Counted from the stretch's first letter, positions 40,526-49,892 are shown. The stretch is 64,000 nt of DNA from Clostridia bacterium (GCA_017631635.1 JAGBSX010000042.1:2330-66329), one strand, 5' to 3'. Notes: generated by a model not told the origin, from the letters alone. Program-made: numbers and translations.

Positions 40526-41347
40526 TTAACCCTCCATTTTGCATTTGTGCTCTTGCTCTATCTCTCTGTAGAACTTCGATCTCTCTATAGCCTCGTCAAA
40601 GTCTACTAGATGTCCGTCAAATTCAGGTCCGTCTACGCAAGCGTATTTGACTTGCCCACCTACGGTCACTCTACAACCTCCACACATACCTGTACCGTCT
40701 ACCATTACGGAGTTCATAGATACTATGGTGTGTACGCCGTACTCACGGGTAAGGTTGGCTACTGCTCTCATCATAGGCATAGGTCCTACTGCAAATACGC
40801 AGTCGTACGCCTTGCCACTATCTAGCAGTTGCTTTAGTTTGGTAGTGACGAATCCTTGCTCTCCATAACTACCGTCGTCGGTCATCACGTATAGGTCCTT
40901 GGCATTGTCTCTAAACTCATCTTCGTATATCAACAAATCCTTGTTCCTAGCGCCTATGATGATATCGGCAGGTCTACCGTCACGGTTGAGTTGTTTGCAT
41001 TGAGGATAGATAACTGCGCTACCCACGCCTCCTCCTACTAGTATGATATTAGCAAACTCCTCTAACTCTGTAGCATTACCTAGAGGTCCTGCGAAGTCGT
41101 GTATGTAGTCTCCTTCGTTGAGTTTGGCTAGTTTCATAGTAGAGTATCCTATGGATTGCACGAGTATAGTCACCGTGCCTGCCTCTCTGTCATAATCGCA
41201 AATAGTCAGAGGTATACGCTCTCCCTCGTCGTCTACTCTGAGTATGATAAATTGTCCTGCTAGACAATGTCTGGATACTTCTGGGCTATCTATCACGTAT
41301 TCGTGAATATTTTGGGTAAGTTGTCTCTTTTTGAGTATTTTGTTCAT
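40526..41347 (-). CDS. NfnA-like ferredoxin-NADP+ reductase subunit (sulfide/dihydroorotate dehydrogenase-like)
   Basis: 273 aa. FNR-like fold with a C-terminal CGGCRVTVGGQVKYACVDGPEF cluster motif. Adjacent to the NfnB-like gene. Confidence 0.8.
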   Translation of the reverse strand: MNKILKKRQLTQNIHEYVIDSPEVSRHCLAGQFIILRVDDEGERIPLTICDYDREAGTVTILVQSIGYSTMKLAKLNEGDYIHDFAGPLGNATELEEFANIILVGGGVGSAVIYPQCKQLNRDGRPADIIIGARNKDLLIYEDEFRDNAKDLYVMTDDGSYGEQGFVTTKLKQLLDSGKAYDCVFAVGPMPMMRAVANLTREYGVHTIVSMNSVMVDGTGMCGGCRVTVGGQVKYACVDGPEFDGHLVDFDEAIERSKFYREIEQEHKCKMEG

Positions 41348-41355
41348 AATGCCTC

Positions 41356-41973
41356 CTATTTCTTATATCTACACATATCCTTGAGTCCACACTCATCACA
41401 TAGTGGGCGCAAAGATTTGCAAGTATATCTACCGTGAAATAATAACAAATGATGAGCCTCACTCCACCTATCTCTAGGTATGAGTTTCATCAACTTTTTC
41501 TCTATCTTGACCACGTCTAGGGTGTCTGCTAATCCTAGCCTATACGACACTCTCTTCACGTGGGTATCTACTGCTATGGCTTGTCCACCCATACCTACTG
41601 CGTACACTACGTTGGCAGTCTTGCGACCTACTCCACGGAGCGTAATCAAATCTTCTATAGTAGTGGGGACTTGCCCTCTATAATCTCTCACTATAGTCTG
41701 CGAGGCAGATAGTATGGCTCTGGCCTTGGAGTGATAAAAGCCACACGGCTTGATAATACTCTCTATATCCTCCACCTTCGCCTCACTCATACTACGAGCG
41801 TCTGGGTATCTAGCAAATAGCGTGGGAGTGACGGTATTTACTCTCTTGTCCGTACATTGAGCAGAGAGTATAACTGCGACTAGTAGTTGGTAGTTGCCCT
41901 CATATACCAATTCGGTATTTGCGTGAGGATATTTTTGCCGTAGATAGGTGAGTATTTTGTCTATCTTTTGCAT
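41356..41973 (-). CDS. nth: Endonuclease III
   Basis: HhH-GPD (LRGVGRKTANVV) and Fe-S motif CKSLRPLCDECGLKDMC. Start trimmed to MQKIDKIL (GAGGGG RBS). Confidence 0.9.
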   Translation of the reverse strand: MQKIDKILTYLRQKYPHANTELVYEGNYQLLVAVILSAQCTDKRVNTVTPTLFARYPDARSMSEAKVEDIESIIKPCGFYHSKARAILSASQTIVRDYRGQVPTTIEDLITLRGVGRKTANVVYAVGMGGQAIAVDTHVKRVSYRLGLADTLDVVKIEKKLMKLIPRDRWSEAHHLLLFHGRYTCKSLRPLCDECGLKDMCRYKK

Positions 41974-42061
41974 AACAAACCCCTCGTCTGCCTCTAGGCA
42001 CAATAATATACCTAAATTATAACACATCAGAGGGGTTTTGTCCTAAAAAAAGCATTATATT

Positions 42062-42304
42062 TTAATAAATTTTTTCGTATCCTTGCTGTGTATATAGATA
42101 ATATCCCTTAAATGAAGGACAATACCTCACACATCTACGTACAGATGCCAAATCGTTGAGTGCAAATTTGACGCTTAGTCCACACCCTAGCCTGAGCATA
42201 CGAGGGGTGCTGACCACTTGCGCAAATACTCCCATACGATTTAGCCTATCTCTTAGCGATAGAGTTTCTTCTCTCAGCGTACACACGGCGATAGCGTAGT
42301 CCAT
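42062..42304 (-). CDS. DUF3343-like small protein (putative S/Se carrier-like)
   Basis: 80 aa with a central CG motif (LGCGLSVKF). Divergent from a cysteine desulfurase, a common context. Confidence 0.55.
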   Translation of the reverse strand: MDYAIAVCTLREETLSLRDRLNRMGVFAQVVSTPRMLRLGCGLSVKFALNDLASVRRCVRYCPSFKGYYLYTQQGYEKIY

Positions 42305-42395
42305 ATAGACCTCCTTATGTAATGCCGTGCATTTTAGTCGTGGGCGTGCATATAATACACTATATTATATTAGACAACGCTATATAGAGGTGTAT

Positions 42396-43526
42396 ATGAT
42401 ATATCTAGACAATTCAGCCACCAGTAGATACCATCACAAATGCGTGCTACGAGCATACCTAGAGGGTGTCACCCTCGCCTCCAACCCAGGCCGTAGCGCT
42501 CACAAAGATAGCCTATATATGCTAGAGAAGGTAGAAAAAGTACGTGATAGTGTACGCCGACTAGTACACGCCGACTACAACGTAGTCTTCACCAAGAACT
42601 GTACCGAGGCTCTCAATCTCGCCATACTAGGCACTCTCAAGAGTGGCGACCACGTAGTCACCACCTCGTATGAGCACAATTCGGTACTAAGACCACTATA
42701 TCACCTAGAGAACCAAGGAGTCATATCACTCACCGTAGTCTCCCCAGATAGCGACGGTTATATCCAACCCTATCGTATCCAAGATACACTCCGACCAAAT
42801 ACTTCACTAGTGGTGTGCAATCATCTATCCAACGTGACTGGTATGATATGCGATATCGAAAAAATAGGCAAAATTTGTGCTAGAGAGGGAGTTAGATTTT
42901 TGGTAGACGGAGCGCAGAGCGTAGGACATATGGATATAGATATGATATCCTCAAATATAGATATGCTAGCCTGTCCCTCTCACAAAGGTCTAGGGGGAGT
43001 GATGGGTAGTGGATTTTTGGTATTCAATGACCGTAGCATACCCTCTCCTATCACATACGGTGGTACAGGTACGGAATCGGATAGTATCTATCAACCATTT
43101 AGCCCTCCTAGCAGTATGGAGAGTGGCACTCTCAACCTCCCTGGTATACTAGCGCTAGGGGAGGCTATCAGGACCAATATGCTAGACAGAGCGAATATCG
43201 TGAGCCGTATAATGGATATGACGGCGTATCTCATATCTCGCCTATCCTCTATCGACGAGGTGACCGTGTACACCAAACCCTCTAGTATATACGGCGTAGT
43301 ATCCTTTAATATAGGAGATATGGACTCTGGAGAGGTAGCAGACCTACTCTCCTCTCGCTACAATATCGCCGTGAGAGCAGGTATACATTGTGCTCCACTA
43401 TGCCACAAGTACCTCGGCACTCTAGACAGAGGCACGGTGCGTGCTAGTATCGGTGCGAACAACACCCTCCTAGATATTCGCCGACTATGTAGAGCCGTCT
43501 ACAAGATAGCCAAATCTCGTAGATAA
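42396..43526 (+). CDS. Class V aminotransferase / cysteine desulfurase-like
   Basis: MIYLDNSATS start and PLP-lysine region CPSHKGLGG. Start trimmed to the second ATG. Confidence 0.85.
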   Translation: MIYLDNSATSRYHHKCVLRAYLEGVTLASNPGRSAHKDSLYMLEKVEKVRDSVRRLVHADYNVVFTKNCTEALNLAILGTLKSGDHVVTTSYEHNSVLRPLYHLENQGVISLTVVSPDSDGYIQPYRIQDTLRPNTSLVVCNHLSNVTGMICDIEKIGKICAREGVRFLVDGAQSVGHMDIDMISSNIDMLACPSHKGLGGVMGSGFLVFNDRSIPSPITYGGTGTESDSIYQPFSPPSSMESGTLNLPGILALGEAIRTNMLDRANIVSRIMDMTAYLISRLSSIDEVTVYTKPSSIYGVVSFNIGDMDSGEVADLLSSRYNIAVRAGIHCAPLCHKYLGTLDRGTVRASIGANNTLLDIRRLCRAVYKIAKSRR

Positions 43527-43539
43527 AAAATGCCATATA

Positions 43540-43571
43540 AAAGCAACGATATTTTTCGTTGCTTTTTTGAT
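43540..43571. terminator. Terminator at the left edge of the AT-rich islet
   Basis: aagcaacga-tattttt-cgttgctt followed by ttttga. Confidence 0.7.
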
Positions 43572-44698
43572 TATCTATTTGATTTTCTCCTATTATGCTC
43601 CTTACAAAGCATTTGACAGTTGTCAATACTTGTTTTTCCACCCTCGCACCAAGGAGTAATATGGTCTGCCTCCATTTCATTTATTTCGTAGTGCGTTTTT
43701 TCACGGTGTTCGGCTACACAATGAGGGCAAACTCCTTGTTGACGTTCATACACTTTCCTTTTTTCATTATCTGTAAAAGAACGTATGCTGAGATGTTTTT
43801 CATCGCCAGATAGTAAATATTCATAAATTCCAGATGGCTTTGTCACATCATCATCTTGCATAAGAATTACTATTTTTTCTTCTAGTTCTTGAGGATTATA
43901 GACCTTATCTCCATACTTATTATACAAAATTCCCCAAGGCAACCCTTTCATCTCCTTGCGATACTTTGGGAATATTGTCTGTACCCAAGATATGACCGAT
44001 TGAAAATATTGCCAAAGCGGTGTGGCGTGGCTATCGTGCTGATGAATAGACATATAATCTTCTATCATCATATTTTCTCTATTAGCAAGCCAGTCCAAAG
44101 CCCTCTCCAAATAATCTTGTCTATTTACCTCTCCTTTTATATACTCTTTTGCCAAAAGGTATGCTACACAACCATTTTTAGAAAAATATCTCTTCGCATC
44201 AGAGAGCCACTCACCTGTATATATGGCATTGCGCAATTCTTGAGCCGTTAATTGCACTCCTGCTATATTGATTGTCTTAAACCAATCTAGTTTTTCCTTA
44301 TCATTGCCTTCGCAAATATAAATCATAAGTGGATAATCCAATATCTGATTTTGTTCTGCCACTGTTAGATTGTGAAATTTTGCAGTCCTTCCAAAAGCCT
44401 CTAGACAAACGGAAAATTTATTGTCAACGTATTGACAAATAGAAATGGTGCGTTGTTGTCCGTCCAAAAGTTCATAATTACCACTCTCATCTTCTACCCA
44501 ATACATTACGTTGAGAGGAAAGCCTTTGACTATCGTTTCTATGACTGCATTTCGTTCTTTATCTTTGTAGACAAATTCTCGCTGAAAAGCAGGGCGAATA
44601 TTCAACCTACCACCATAACCTACCACACCATTTTCTTGACTGTCCATATATCCCTTGACAACGTCTCTTATTTTAATTTCGTATAATTCTATTTTCAT
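43571..44698 (-). CDS. DUF262 (ParB/Srx-like, DGQQR) domain fused to a C-terminal HNH endonuclease
   Basis: 375 aa. IRPAFQREFVY and LLDGQQRTISI (DUF262 motifs). C-terminus CPHC...ADHITPWCEGGKTSIDNCQMLCKEHNRRKSN (HNH). Confidence 0.85.
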   Translation of the reverse strand: MKIELYEIKIRDVVKGYMDSQENGVVGYGGRLNIRPAFQREFVYKDKERNAVIETIVKGFPLNVMYWVEDESGNYELLDGQQRTISICQYVDNKFSVCLEAFGRTAKFHNLTVAEQNQILDYPLMIYICEGNDKEKLDWFKTINIAGVQLTAQELRNAIYTGEWLSDAKRYFSKNGCVAYLLAKEYIKGEVNRQDYLERALDWLANRENMMIEDYMSIHQHDSHATPLWQYFQSVISWVQTIFPKYRKEMKGLPWGILYNKYGDKVYNPQELEEKIVILMQDDDVTKPSGIYEYLLSGDEKHLSIRSFTDNEKRKVYERQQGVCPHCVAEHREKTHYEINEMEADHITPWCEGGKTSIDNCQMLCKEHNRRKSNR

Positions 44699-45841
44699 TT
44701 ACTTTTTTCTCCTTTTTATAACTATTCTCATATAAGGAATAACGGGCTTTCCGTTTTTATCATAATAAGCAAGAACTGGATGGTCTTCCTTAATAGAGCC
44801 TTTGCCACCAAATTTATAATAATCATCTACAAATTTTTTTGTAAGCCCCTTAGGTGTTAATTCTCTGTATAAATTGCCTTGTCCTTGCCCAACAATCTCA
44901 AATTGCTCAGGGTTATACTTGTCAATAAAAGTTATAGGCACACCCATTTCTCCTTCGTAGTCGTATGGAATATCTGACACTTTGTCCACATTTATAGCAG
45001 GGTAGTTATCGTATTCAGGATATTCATCAATTGTATATTTTTTGTAACAAATTAATTCTTCATAATGTTTTTTGATTTTTAAATTTGTATACCAATTAAC
45101 TGCTGGAACTTTTATGTAATTATCATTAGGATCAAATCCTTTTGATTTTACAAATTTTTTGTTTGCTTCAAGAGTGTTGTCATATACTGACTTATATATC
45201 ATACTTAAATTAAATCCAAATCCTGCCCAAAGTTTATTCTTCTTGATTAGAGTAAAAATTTCTTTATAAGTTATTGCGTTCATATTACCTATTATTATAA
45301 ACTTTTTATCATATTCAATAAGTTGTGCTATATATTCACGAAAAAGTGAAAATGGAGGATTTGTTACTACTATATCGCACTCTTTTAGCAACTCTATACA
45401 CTCATCACTGCGAAAATCTCCATTGCCTTTTAGTAAACAAAGAGAGTTTTTGTCATTTTTCAACAAATATTCTACGTCCGCCAAATCTACCGCACCATCA
45501 TTATTATAATCTAACACTTCACTTATCTCTATCTTGTATGCCTTTCTATTATTGTTTGGAATAGCAGTTGCTTGCACATCTTCCAAAAAGGAAAGTTGAC
45601 TATACGCGATAGGAGAATTGTCGTAACTGGTGCAAATTAGTTTCTTGAGACCAAGATAATTAAAATTCATAGCAAAATACTTAAAAAAATTGCTCTCAAA
45701 TGGGTCATCACAATTACAAAACACTATTTTATCCTTAAAATATTCTTTGTAATGCTCTAATTCTTTTTCAATATCAACAAGTTGAGTATAGAACTCGTCT
45801 TTCTTCGATTTCTTTGCCTTAATCAAATTTTCCTTTGCCAT
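44699..45841 (-). CDS. EcoRI-methylase-family N6-adenine DNA methyltransferase
   Basis: N-terminus KKDEFYTQLVDIEKELEHYKEYFKDKIVFCNCDDP and catalytic VVTNPPFSLFREY (NPPF). Start trimmed to MAKENLIK (AAAGGAG RBS). Its stop TAA abuts the ATG of the nuclease gene. Confidence 0.85.
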   Translation of the reverse strand: MAKENLIKAKKSKKDEFYTQLVDIEKELEHYKEYFKDKIVFCNCDDPFESNFFKYFAMNFNYLGLKKLICTSYDNSPIAYSQLSFLEDVQATAIPNNNRKAYKIEISEVLDYNNDGAVDLADVEYLLKNDKNSLCLLKGNGDFRSDECIELLKECDIVVTNPPFSLFREYIAQLIEYDKKFIIIGNMNAITYKEIFTLIKKNKLWAGFGFNLSMIYKSVYDNTLEANKKFVKSKGFDPNDNYIKVPAVNWYTNLKIKKHYEELICYKKYTIDEYPEYDNYPAINVDKVSDIPYDYEGEMGVPITFIDKYNPEQFEIVGQGQGNLYRELTPKGLTKKFVDDYYKFGGKGSIKEDHPVLAYYDKNGKPVIPYMRIVIKRRKK

Positions 45842-45881
45842 TGCTTTGGTACTCCTTTTGTATAAAGTCGCACCTTTTCTT

Positions 45882-45914
45882 AAAATAAAAAAGTGCGTAA
45901 CCTGAGTTACGCAC
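45882..45914 (-). terminator. Intrinsic terminator about 40 nt upstream of the methyltransferase ATG
   Basis: Minus strand gtgcgtaac-tcag-gttacgcac followed by ttttttatttt. Confidence 0.75.
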
Positions 45915-46083
45915 ATAAAACGCAAACTCTGGTTATCGCCAGATAAAACCTAATGAAAATGAGTAAACACTCCCACTTGAGTTTGCATTTTTAGCAAAGT
46001 ACAATAATGGGAGTATGACCAAAAAAGAGTATAGTTATCCTCTAGTCTACTCATTTTCATTTTTTTATTAAGTTTTATCTGGC
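45884..46083 (-). ncRNA. Unclassified ~200-nt structured leader or ncRNA preceding the methyltransferase-nuclease operon
   Basis: Has its own promoter and terminator. Long imperfect inverted repeat: 46048-46082 pairs with 45939-45965. Inner stem actccca/tgggagt. A 13-nt apical segment aaaatgcaaactc is complementary to gagtttgcgtttt, just 5' of the terminator. Confidence 0.45.
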
Positions 46084-46089
46084 AAATTT

Positions 46090-46117
46090 AGTATATCACA
46101 CTTTTATACTTTTTCAA
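46090..46117 (-). promoter_or_regulatory. Sigma-70-type promoter with extended -10, driving the leader and probably the R-M-like operon
   Basis: Minus strand TTGAAA-16 nt-(TGa)TATACT. Confidence 0.55.
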
Positions 46118-46159
46118 ACTTTTTTAATCTTTTTTACAATTTTTTATTAATAATCATCA

Positions 46160-46190
46160 AAAAAAAGCGGTGTACACCGCTTTTTTGATA
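46160..46190. terminator. Bidirectional terminator at the right edge of the islet
   Basis: aaaaaaaagcggtgtacaccgctttttt. Confidence 0.8.
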
Positions 46191-46194
46191 TTCT

Positions 46195-46383
46195 CTACCA
46201 GTCTTCTCTACTCTTCGTTCTATCCTTGACGTCGTCGTAGTACTCAAAGTACTTCTCTCTATATCTATCTACCGATTGCGTAGAGGTCTTTTTCTTCTTT
46301 GCCTTTTCTCGCTCCTCTGGGGTGGTCTCTCTCACCTCAAAGTCTCCATATCCACTAAAGTGTATTTGACCATCTCTATCCAT
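46195..46383 (-). CDS. Small, highly charged hypothetical protein
   Basis: 62 aa. Starts 2 nt after the rsmF stop, so it is probably translationally coupled. Confidence 0.4.
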   Translation of the reverse strand: MDRDGQIHFSGYGDFEVRETTPEEREKAKKKKTSTQSVDRYREKYFEYYDDVKDRTKSREDW

Positions 46384-46385
46384 AT

Positions 46386-47705
46386 CTACCTCATATTTCT
46401 CAGCGCTTTGGGATAATGATTCTTGAGTACGCCGTCGCTACTCTTGTATCCCCCTAGCGCCACTCCTCTATACTTGACTACTCCGTATCCCTTGGGTGCA
46501 TCTATATACAGTTCTTCTCCTCTTAGGTATCTATATGCCTCATCTTCACTCACTTCTACACAGTCAAAGCATTTACTCATAGCACTAAATAGATAATGCT
46601 CTGGTATCAGTCTATTTTTCTTGACTTCGCCCACTTGCACTCCACCTGATACTATCTTGACACCTCTAGGTAGGTCAAATGCAGGTATATATATACGCCC
46701 CTCTAGGTAGGACGCCATAGAGTCTACTGCGAGAGTGGTATTTTTGGCAAAATCTACCAGCGCAGGCAGATATTTCTTGTCCAAAGTGTGCCTAGTGGCT
46801 ACTATCTCGCCCTCTCCACCTCTAGTCTTTAGTAGAGTAGCGAAAAATTGTCCTTCTCCACTATGTATATGCGTGTATCTACGTCTACTATACTCTCCAC
46901 TCACTCCATCTACGTCTATACCTCTAGTGCTATTTGATATAGCCACCTCGGTAGGTCGGAGAGGCTCGTAGTCCATAGTATTCACTAGATACGCCACCTG
47001 CTTTTCGTTCTCCTCTAGGTTGTAGGTGCAGGTGCTATATAGCATCACTCCACCTCTAGCGAGCATAGCGTCGGCGTGAGTGAGTATATCACGTTGTCTC
47101 TTGGCACAGCCTAGCACTTTGTCTAGAGACCACTCCTCTATGGCTGTGTCGTACTTTCTAAACATACCTTCGCCACTACACGGAGCGTCTACTACTATGA
47201 GGTCAAAATATTCTCTATATACGCTAGCGAGTTCTTCGGGCGAATTGTTGAGGATACATACGTTGGTGAGACCTAGTCTCTCTACGTTTTGATATAGTAT
47301 CTTGGCACGGCTAGGTACTATCTCGTTGGACACTATCTCGGCATTTGGATAGCGTAGGGCTAGTTGAATAGTCTTGCCACCAGGGGCTGAGCATAGGTCT
47401 AGTATCCTGTGATGATCCCCCTCTGGTATAGATAACACCGGCAACATAGCCGAGGGGTCTTGCATATAATACGCACCTGCGTGATGTAGAGGGGTAGTAC
47501 CTACCTTGTCATCTCCCACGTATATATAGGTATCGTCATTGTAGCCAGTAGGCACTACTGGTAGTAGGTCTACTATCTCACTACTCTTGGCTTTGAGAGT
47601 ATTGACGTTGAGTCCTCTTATGGAGGGCTTGGATAAAGAGGATACAAAATCCTCTACCTCTACGCCTATATCTATCAATATTTTGTCAAAATCTGCAGGT
47701 ATCAT
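46386..47705 (-). CDS. rsmF: NOL1/NOP2/Sun-family rRNA cytosine-C5 methyltransferase (RsmF-like)
   Basis: 439 aa. DLCSAPGGKT, VDAPCSGEGMFRK, YSTCT. Confidence 0.85.
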   Translation of the reverse strand: MIPADFDKILIDIGVEVEDFVSSLSKPSIRGLNVNTLKAKSSEIVDLLPVVPTGYNDDTYIYVGDDKVGTTPLHHAGAYYMQDPSAMLPVLSIPEGDHHRILDLCSAPGGKTIQLALRYPNAEIVSNEIVPSRAKILYQNVERLGLTNVCILNNSPEELASVYREYFDLIVVDAPCSGEGMFRKYDTAIEEWSLDKVLGCAKRQRDILTHADAMLARGGVMLYSTCTYNLEENEKQVAYLVNTMDYEPLRPTEVAISNSTRGIDVDGVSGEYSRRRYTHIHSGEGQFFATLLKTRGGEGEIVATRHTLDKKYLPALVDFAKNTTLAVDSMASYLEGRIYIPAFDLPRGVKIVSGGVQVGEVKKNRLIPEHYLFSAMSKCFDCVEVSEDEAYRYLRGEELYIDAPKGYGVVKYRGVALGGYKSSDGVLKNHYPKALRNMR

Positions 47706-47835
47706 AGATATATTTTAGCATAACTATATATACTTATCAACTAAATGATAGACTTTGAGATATTCTAATTTTTTGGAAAAATTTCTTTGCAAAATCAACA
47801 ATAAAATGTTATACTATATGCGTTAAGGAGATATT

Positions 47836-48612
47836 ATGAACAAATTATCCAAAATAATCATCACTATAGCCACTTTGCTAGCCGTATTTACTGCATCTGC
47901 TTGCTACGTAGCACCCGACGACGTAGATGCTTATCCTTGCACTTATCGAAAGTTGGATGCCTACTCCACCACTCCAGGGTACTACTTGACCAAATACGTA
48001 GATCCTTCAGAAACTGTAGACAACGTCACCGTAGGTGGACAACTCAATGGTCTAAATATCGTAGGTGTAGGTGATTTGTCATTTAGACGATCACAAAATA
48101 TCGCCAAGGTCACTCTGACTGATACTATTTTGTATATCGGCAACGGAGCATTTGCAAACTCCGACGTAGCAGTCGTCAATCTTGGCAAAAATGTATGTGA
48201 GATACGAGATATAGCCTTTAGTGGATGTGAGTATCTAGCATCTATCAATCTCCAAAACACCTCTATCACGGCAGTCAACGGTGGCACTTTTCAAAATTGT
48301 ACTGCACTCACCTCTATCACGATACCTAGTGGTGTGACTTATATAGGCGAATACGCTTTTGCAGGGTGTACTGCTCTCAAGACGGTATATCTCCCTCGCA
48401 CAGTCACGACACTAGAGGTGTCTTGTTTCAAGAGTTTGTATGTATCTAGCAACGGCTCATGCCAAATCAGATATGAGGGCTCTAAAGCAGAGTGGGAGGC
48501 TATCACCAAGAGAGTGGGCGAGTCCTATGACGACAATACAGCAGGTGAGCCTCTATACTGGTACGGTATGGGAGAACTCCTCTACGACGTTCAATTTAAT
48601 TGCGCCAACTAA
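47836..48612 (+). CDS. Lipoprotein with BspA-type leucine-rich repeats
   Basis: 258 aa. Lipobox FTASAC. Repeats GAFANSDVAVVNL, IAFSGCEYLASINL, GTFQNCTALTSITI, YAFAGCTALKTVYL. Confidence 0.8.
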   Translation: MNKLSKIIITIATLLAVFTASACYVAPDDVDAYPCTYRKLDAYSTTPGYYLTKYVDPSETVDNVTVGGQLNGLNIVGVGDLSFRRSQNIAKVTLTDTILYIGNGAFANSDVAVVNLGKNVCEIRDIAFSGCEYLASINLQNTSITAVNGGTFQNCTALTSITIPSGVTYIGEYAFAGCTALKTVYLPRTVTTLEVSCFKSLYVSSNGSCQIRYEGSKAEWEAITKRVGESYDDNTAGEPLYWYGMGELLYDVQFNCAN

Positions 48613-48628
48613 TATCTATACAAACAAT

Positions 48629-48665
48629 AGCACGCTAACTCTACCAAGTTAGCGTGCTTTTTTTA
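48629..48665. terminator. Bidirectional terminator
   Basis: agcacgctaact-ctaccaa-gttagcgtgct followed by tttttt. Confidence 0.8.
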
Positions 48666-49892
48666 TCCCAACTTCTCCAATATCCCCGTGTCCTTGATGT
48701 AGGTGAGCATAGTATCTCCCCTCATATATTCAGGTGCTAATGCCAGCAGTTTAAACATTTCTCTAGTACCTATATAATGTCTCATAAAGTACCCTTTGTC
48801 CTCATAGGAGTCAAATAGCACTCTCCTAATCAATCCTATCATTATATTGTTGACTTGTATCTCTAGATATAGTTTTGGGCGAATTATATTCATTATATAA
48901 CTGGCTTTATCTATATCCCCCTCGTATCTCCTAGCCACTAGCAATGCTTTGTGTTCTTCTACACCCAGTAGCCTGCGCATCTTTTCTGCATCTTCTCCTC
49001 TATTTGGAGGTATAGTCAATTTTAACTCTCCCCCTCGTAGATAAGACTCGTACAACTTGCCCACTATACTAGAGGTATACGTTATATTTTCTCCATACAA
49101 TCTCACGTCGCTAGTCTTACCTGCCAGATACGCGTAGAGAGTGTCTACTAGTTGAATAGCGCCACTATCTTGACTCGGGAGCATACTCATGAGCATACTC
49201 ACTCTGAGGGAGGTGTCGACGAGTTGGGCAGACATCCCTATATTTAGCCTGTCCACCTTGATAGAGGGTATCAATGCACTACGCACGGCTTTGACTAAGT
49301 GAGGACAATAATTCCCCTCTCTCATACCTCTATATATATAATCATTGAGTATAGATATATCTCCTGCTAGACCTCCGTATGCGCCCCTTAGGTATTCTAG
49401 TCCAGATAGCGCTATCACGTCATAATCTACTACTATCATATCTGGCACTCTACCTCTTTGCTTGTCTAGTCGACCATCTCTAAGCACTCTAGAGGTGCTA
49501 TCTATACAATCTTTGTACGCGTATATAGGTAGTACTACTAGTTTTGCATTTATCTCGTAGGCTATACGTTTGGATATATTTATCAAAGTAGCGCCACCTA
49601 CTGCCACCACTAGTCGCACGTCTTCTTCTATATCCTCTATATACGAAGTTTGGTATGGCAATATACTATCTTCGCTTATTCTATAACTGCCATTTTTTTT
49701 GATAGCGTCAAATACCCTACCGTCGATATCCTCGTCTCGTAGACAGAGCAAATGCCCCGACACTAGCACTCTAGATATAGCCTGCAATAGGTCTGTATAC
49801 ACGACCATAGGGTAGAGGGCAGAGTGTATCTCTCCACAAGGACACAGTACGCCGTTTAGTTGATTGTTTTTCAATTGGTACAAGTATTTCAT
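48663..49892 (-). CDS. Hypothetical protein, possibly a divergent iron-ADH / glycerol-phosphate dehydrogenase / DHQ-synthase-like fold
   Basis: 409 aa. RLVVAVGGATLINISKRIAYEINAKLVVLPIYAY and PDMIVVDYDVI resemble the GGG..D..K and P..vivD blocks of that superfamily. The resemblance is weak. Confidence 0.35.
   Translation of the reverse strand: MKYLYQLKNNQLNGVLCPCGEIHSALYPMVVYTDLLQAISRVLVSGHLLCLRDEDIDGRVFDAIKKNGSYRISEDSILPYQTSYIEDIEEDVRLVVAVGGATLINISKRIAYEINAKLVVLPIYAYKDCIDSTSRVLRDGRLDKQRGRVPDMIVVDYDVIALSGLEYLRGAYGGLAGDISILNDYIYRGMREGNYCPHLVKAVRSALIPSIKVDRLNIGMSAQLVDTSLRVSMLMSMLPSQDSGAIQLVDTLYAYLAGKTSDVRLYGENITYTSSIVGKLYESYLRGGELKLTIPPNRGEDAEKMRRLLGVEEHKALLVARRYEGDIDKASYIMNIIRPKLYLEIQVNNIMIGLIRRVLFDSYEDKGYFMRHYIGTREMFKLLALAPEYMRGDTMLTYIKDTGILEKLG

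Larger units (their letters stand above)
43561..46189. other. AT-rich genomic islet (R-M-like cargo, no recombinase) bounded by an 11-bp direct repeat
   Basis: GCTTTTTTGAT at 43561-43571 and 46179-46189. Hand counts on single 60-nt lines give about 22-35% G+C inside versus about 55% in the flanking cysteine desulfurase gene. Confidence 0.45.

Noticed and set aside
45953-46063. 36-codon ORF (MKMSRLEDNYTLFW...) on the minus strand inside the structured leader
   Set aside because: It has no Shine-Dalgarno sequence. A mirror-image ATGAAAATGAGTA also occurs on the plus strand because of the inverted repeat, so the start codons are a by-product of the RNA/DNA symmetry.
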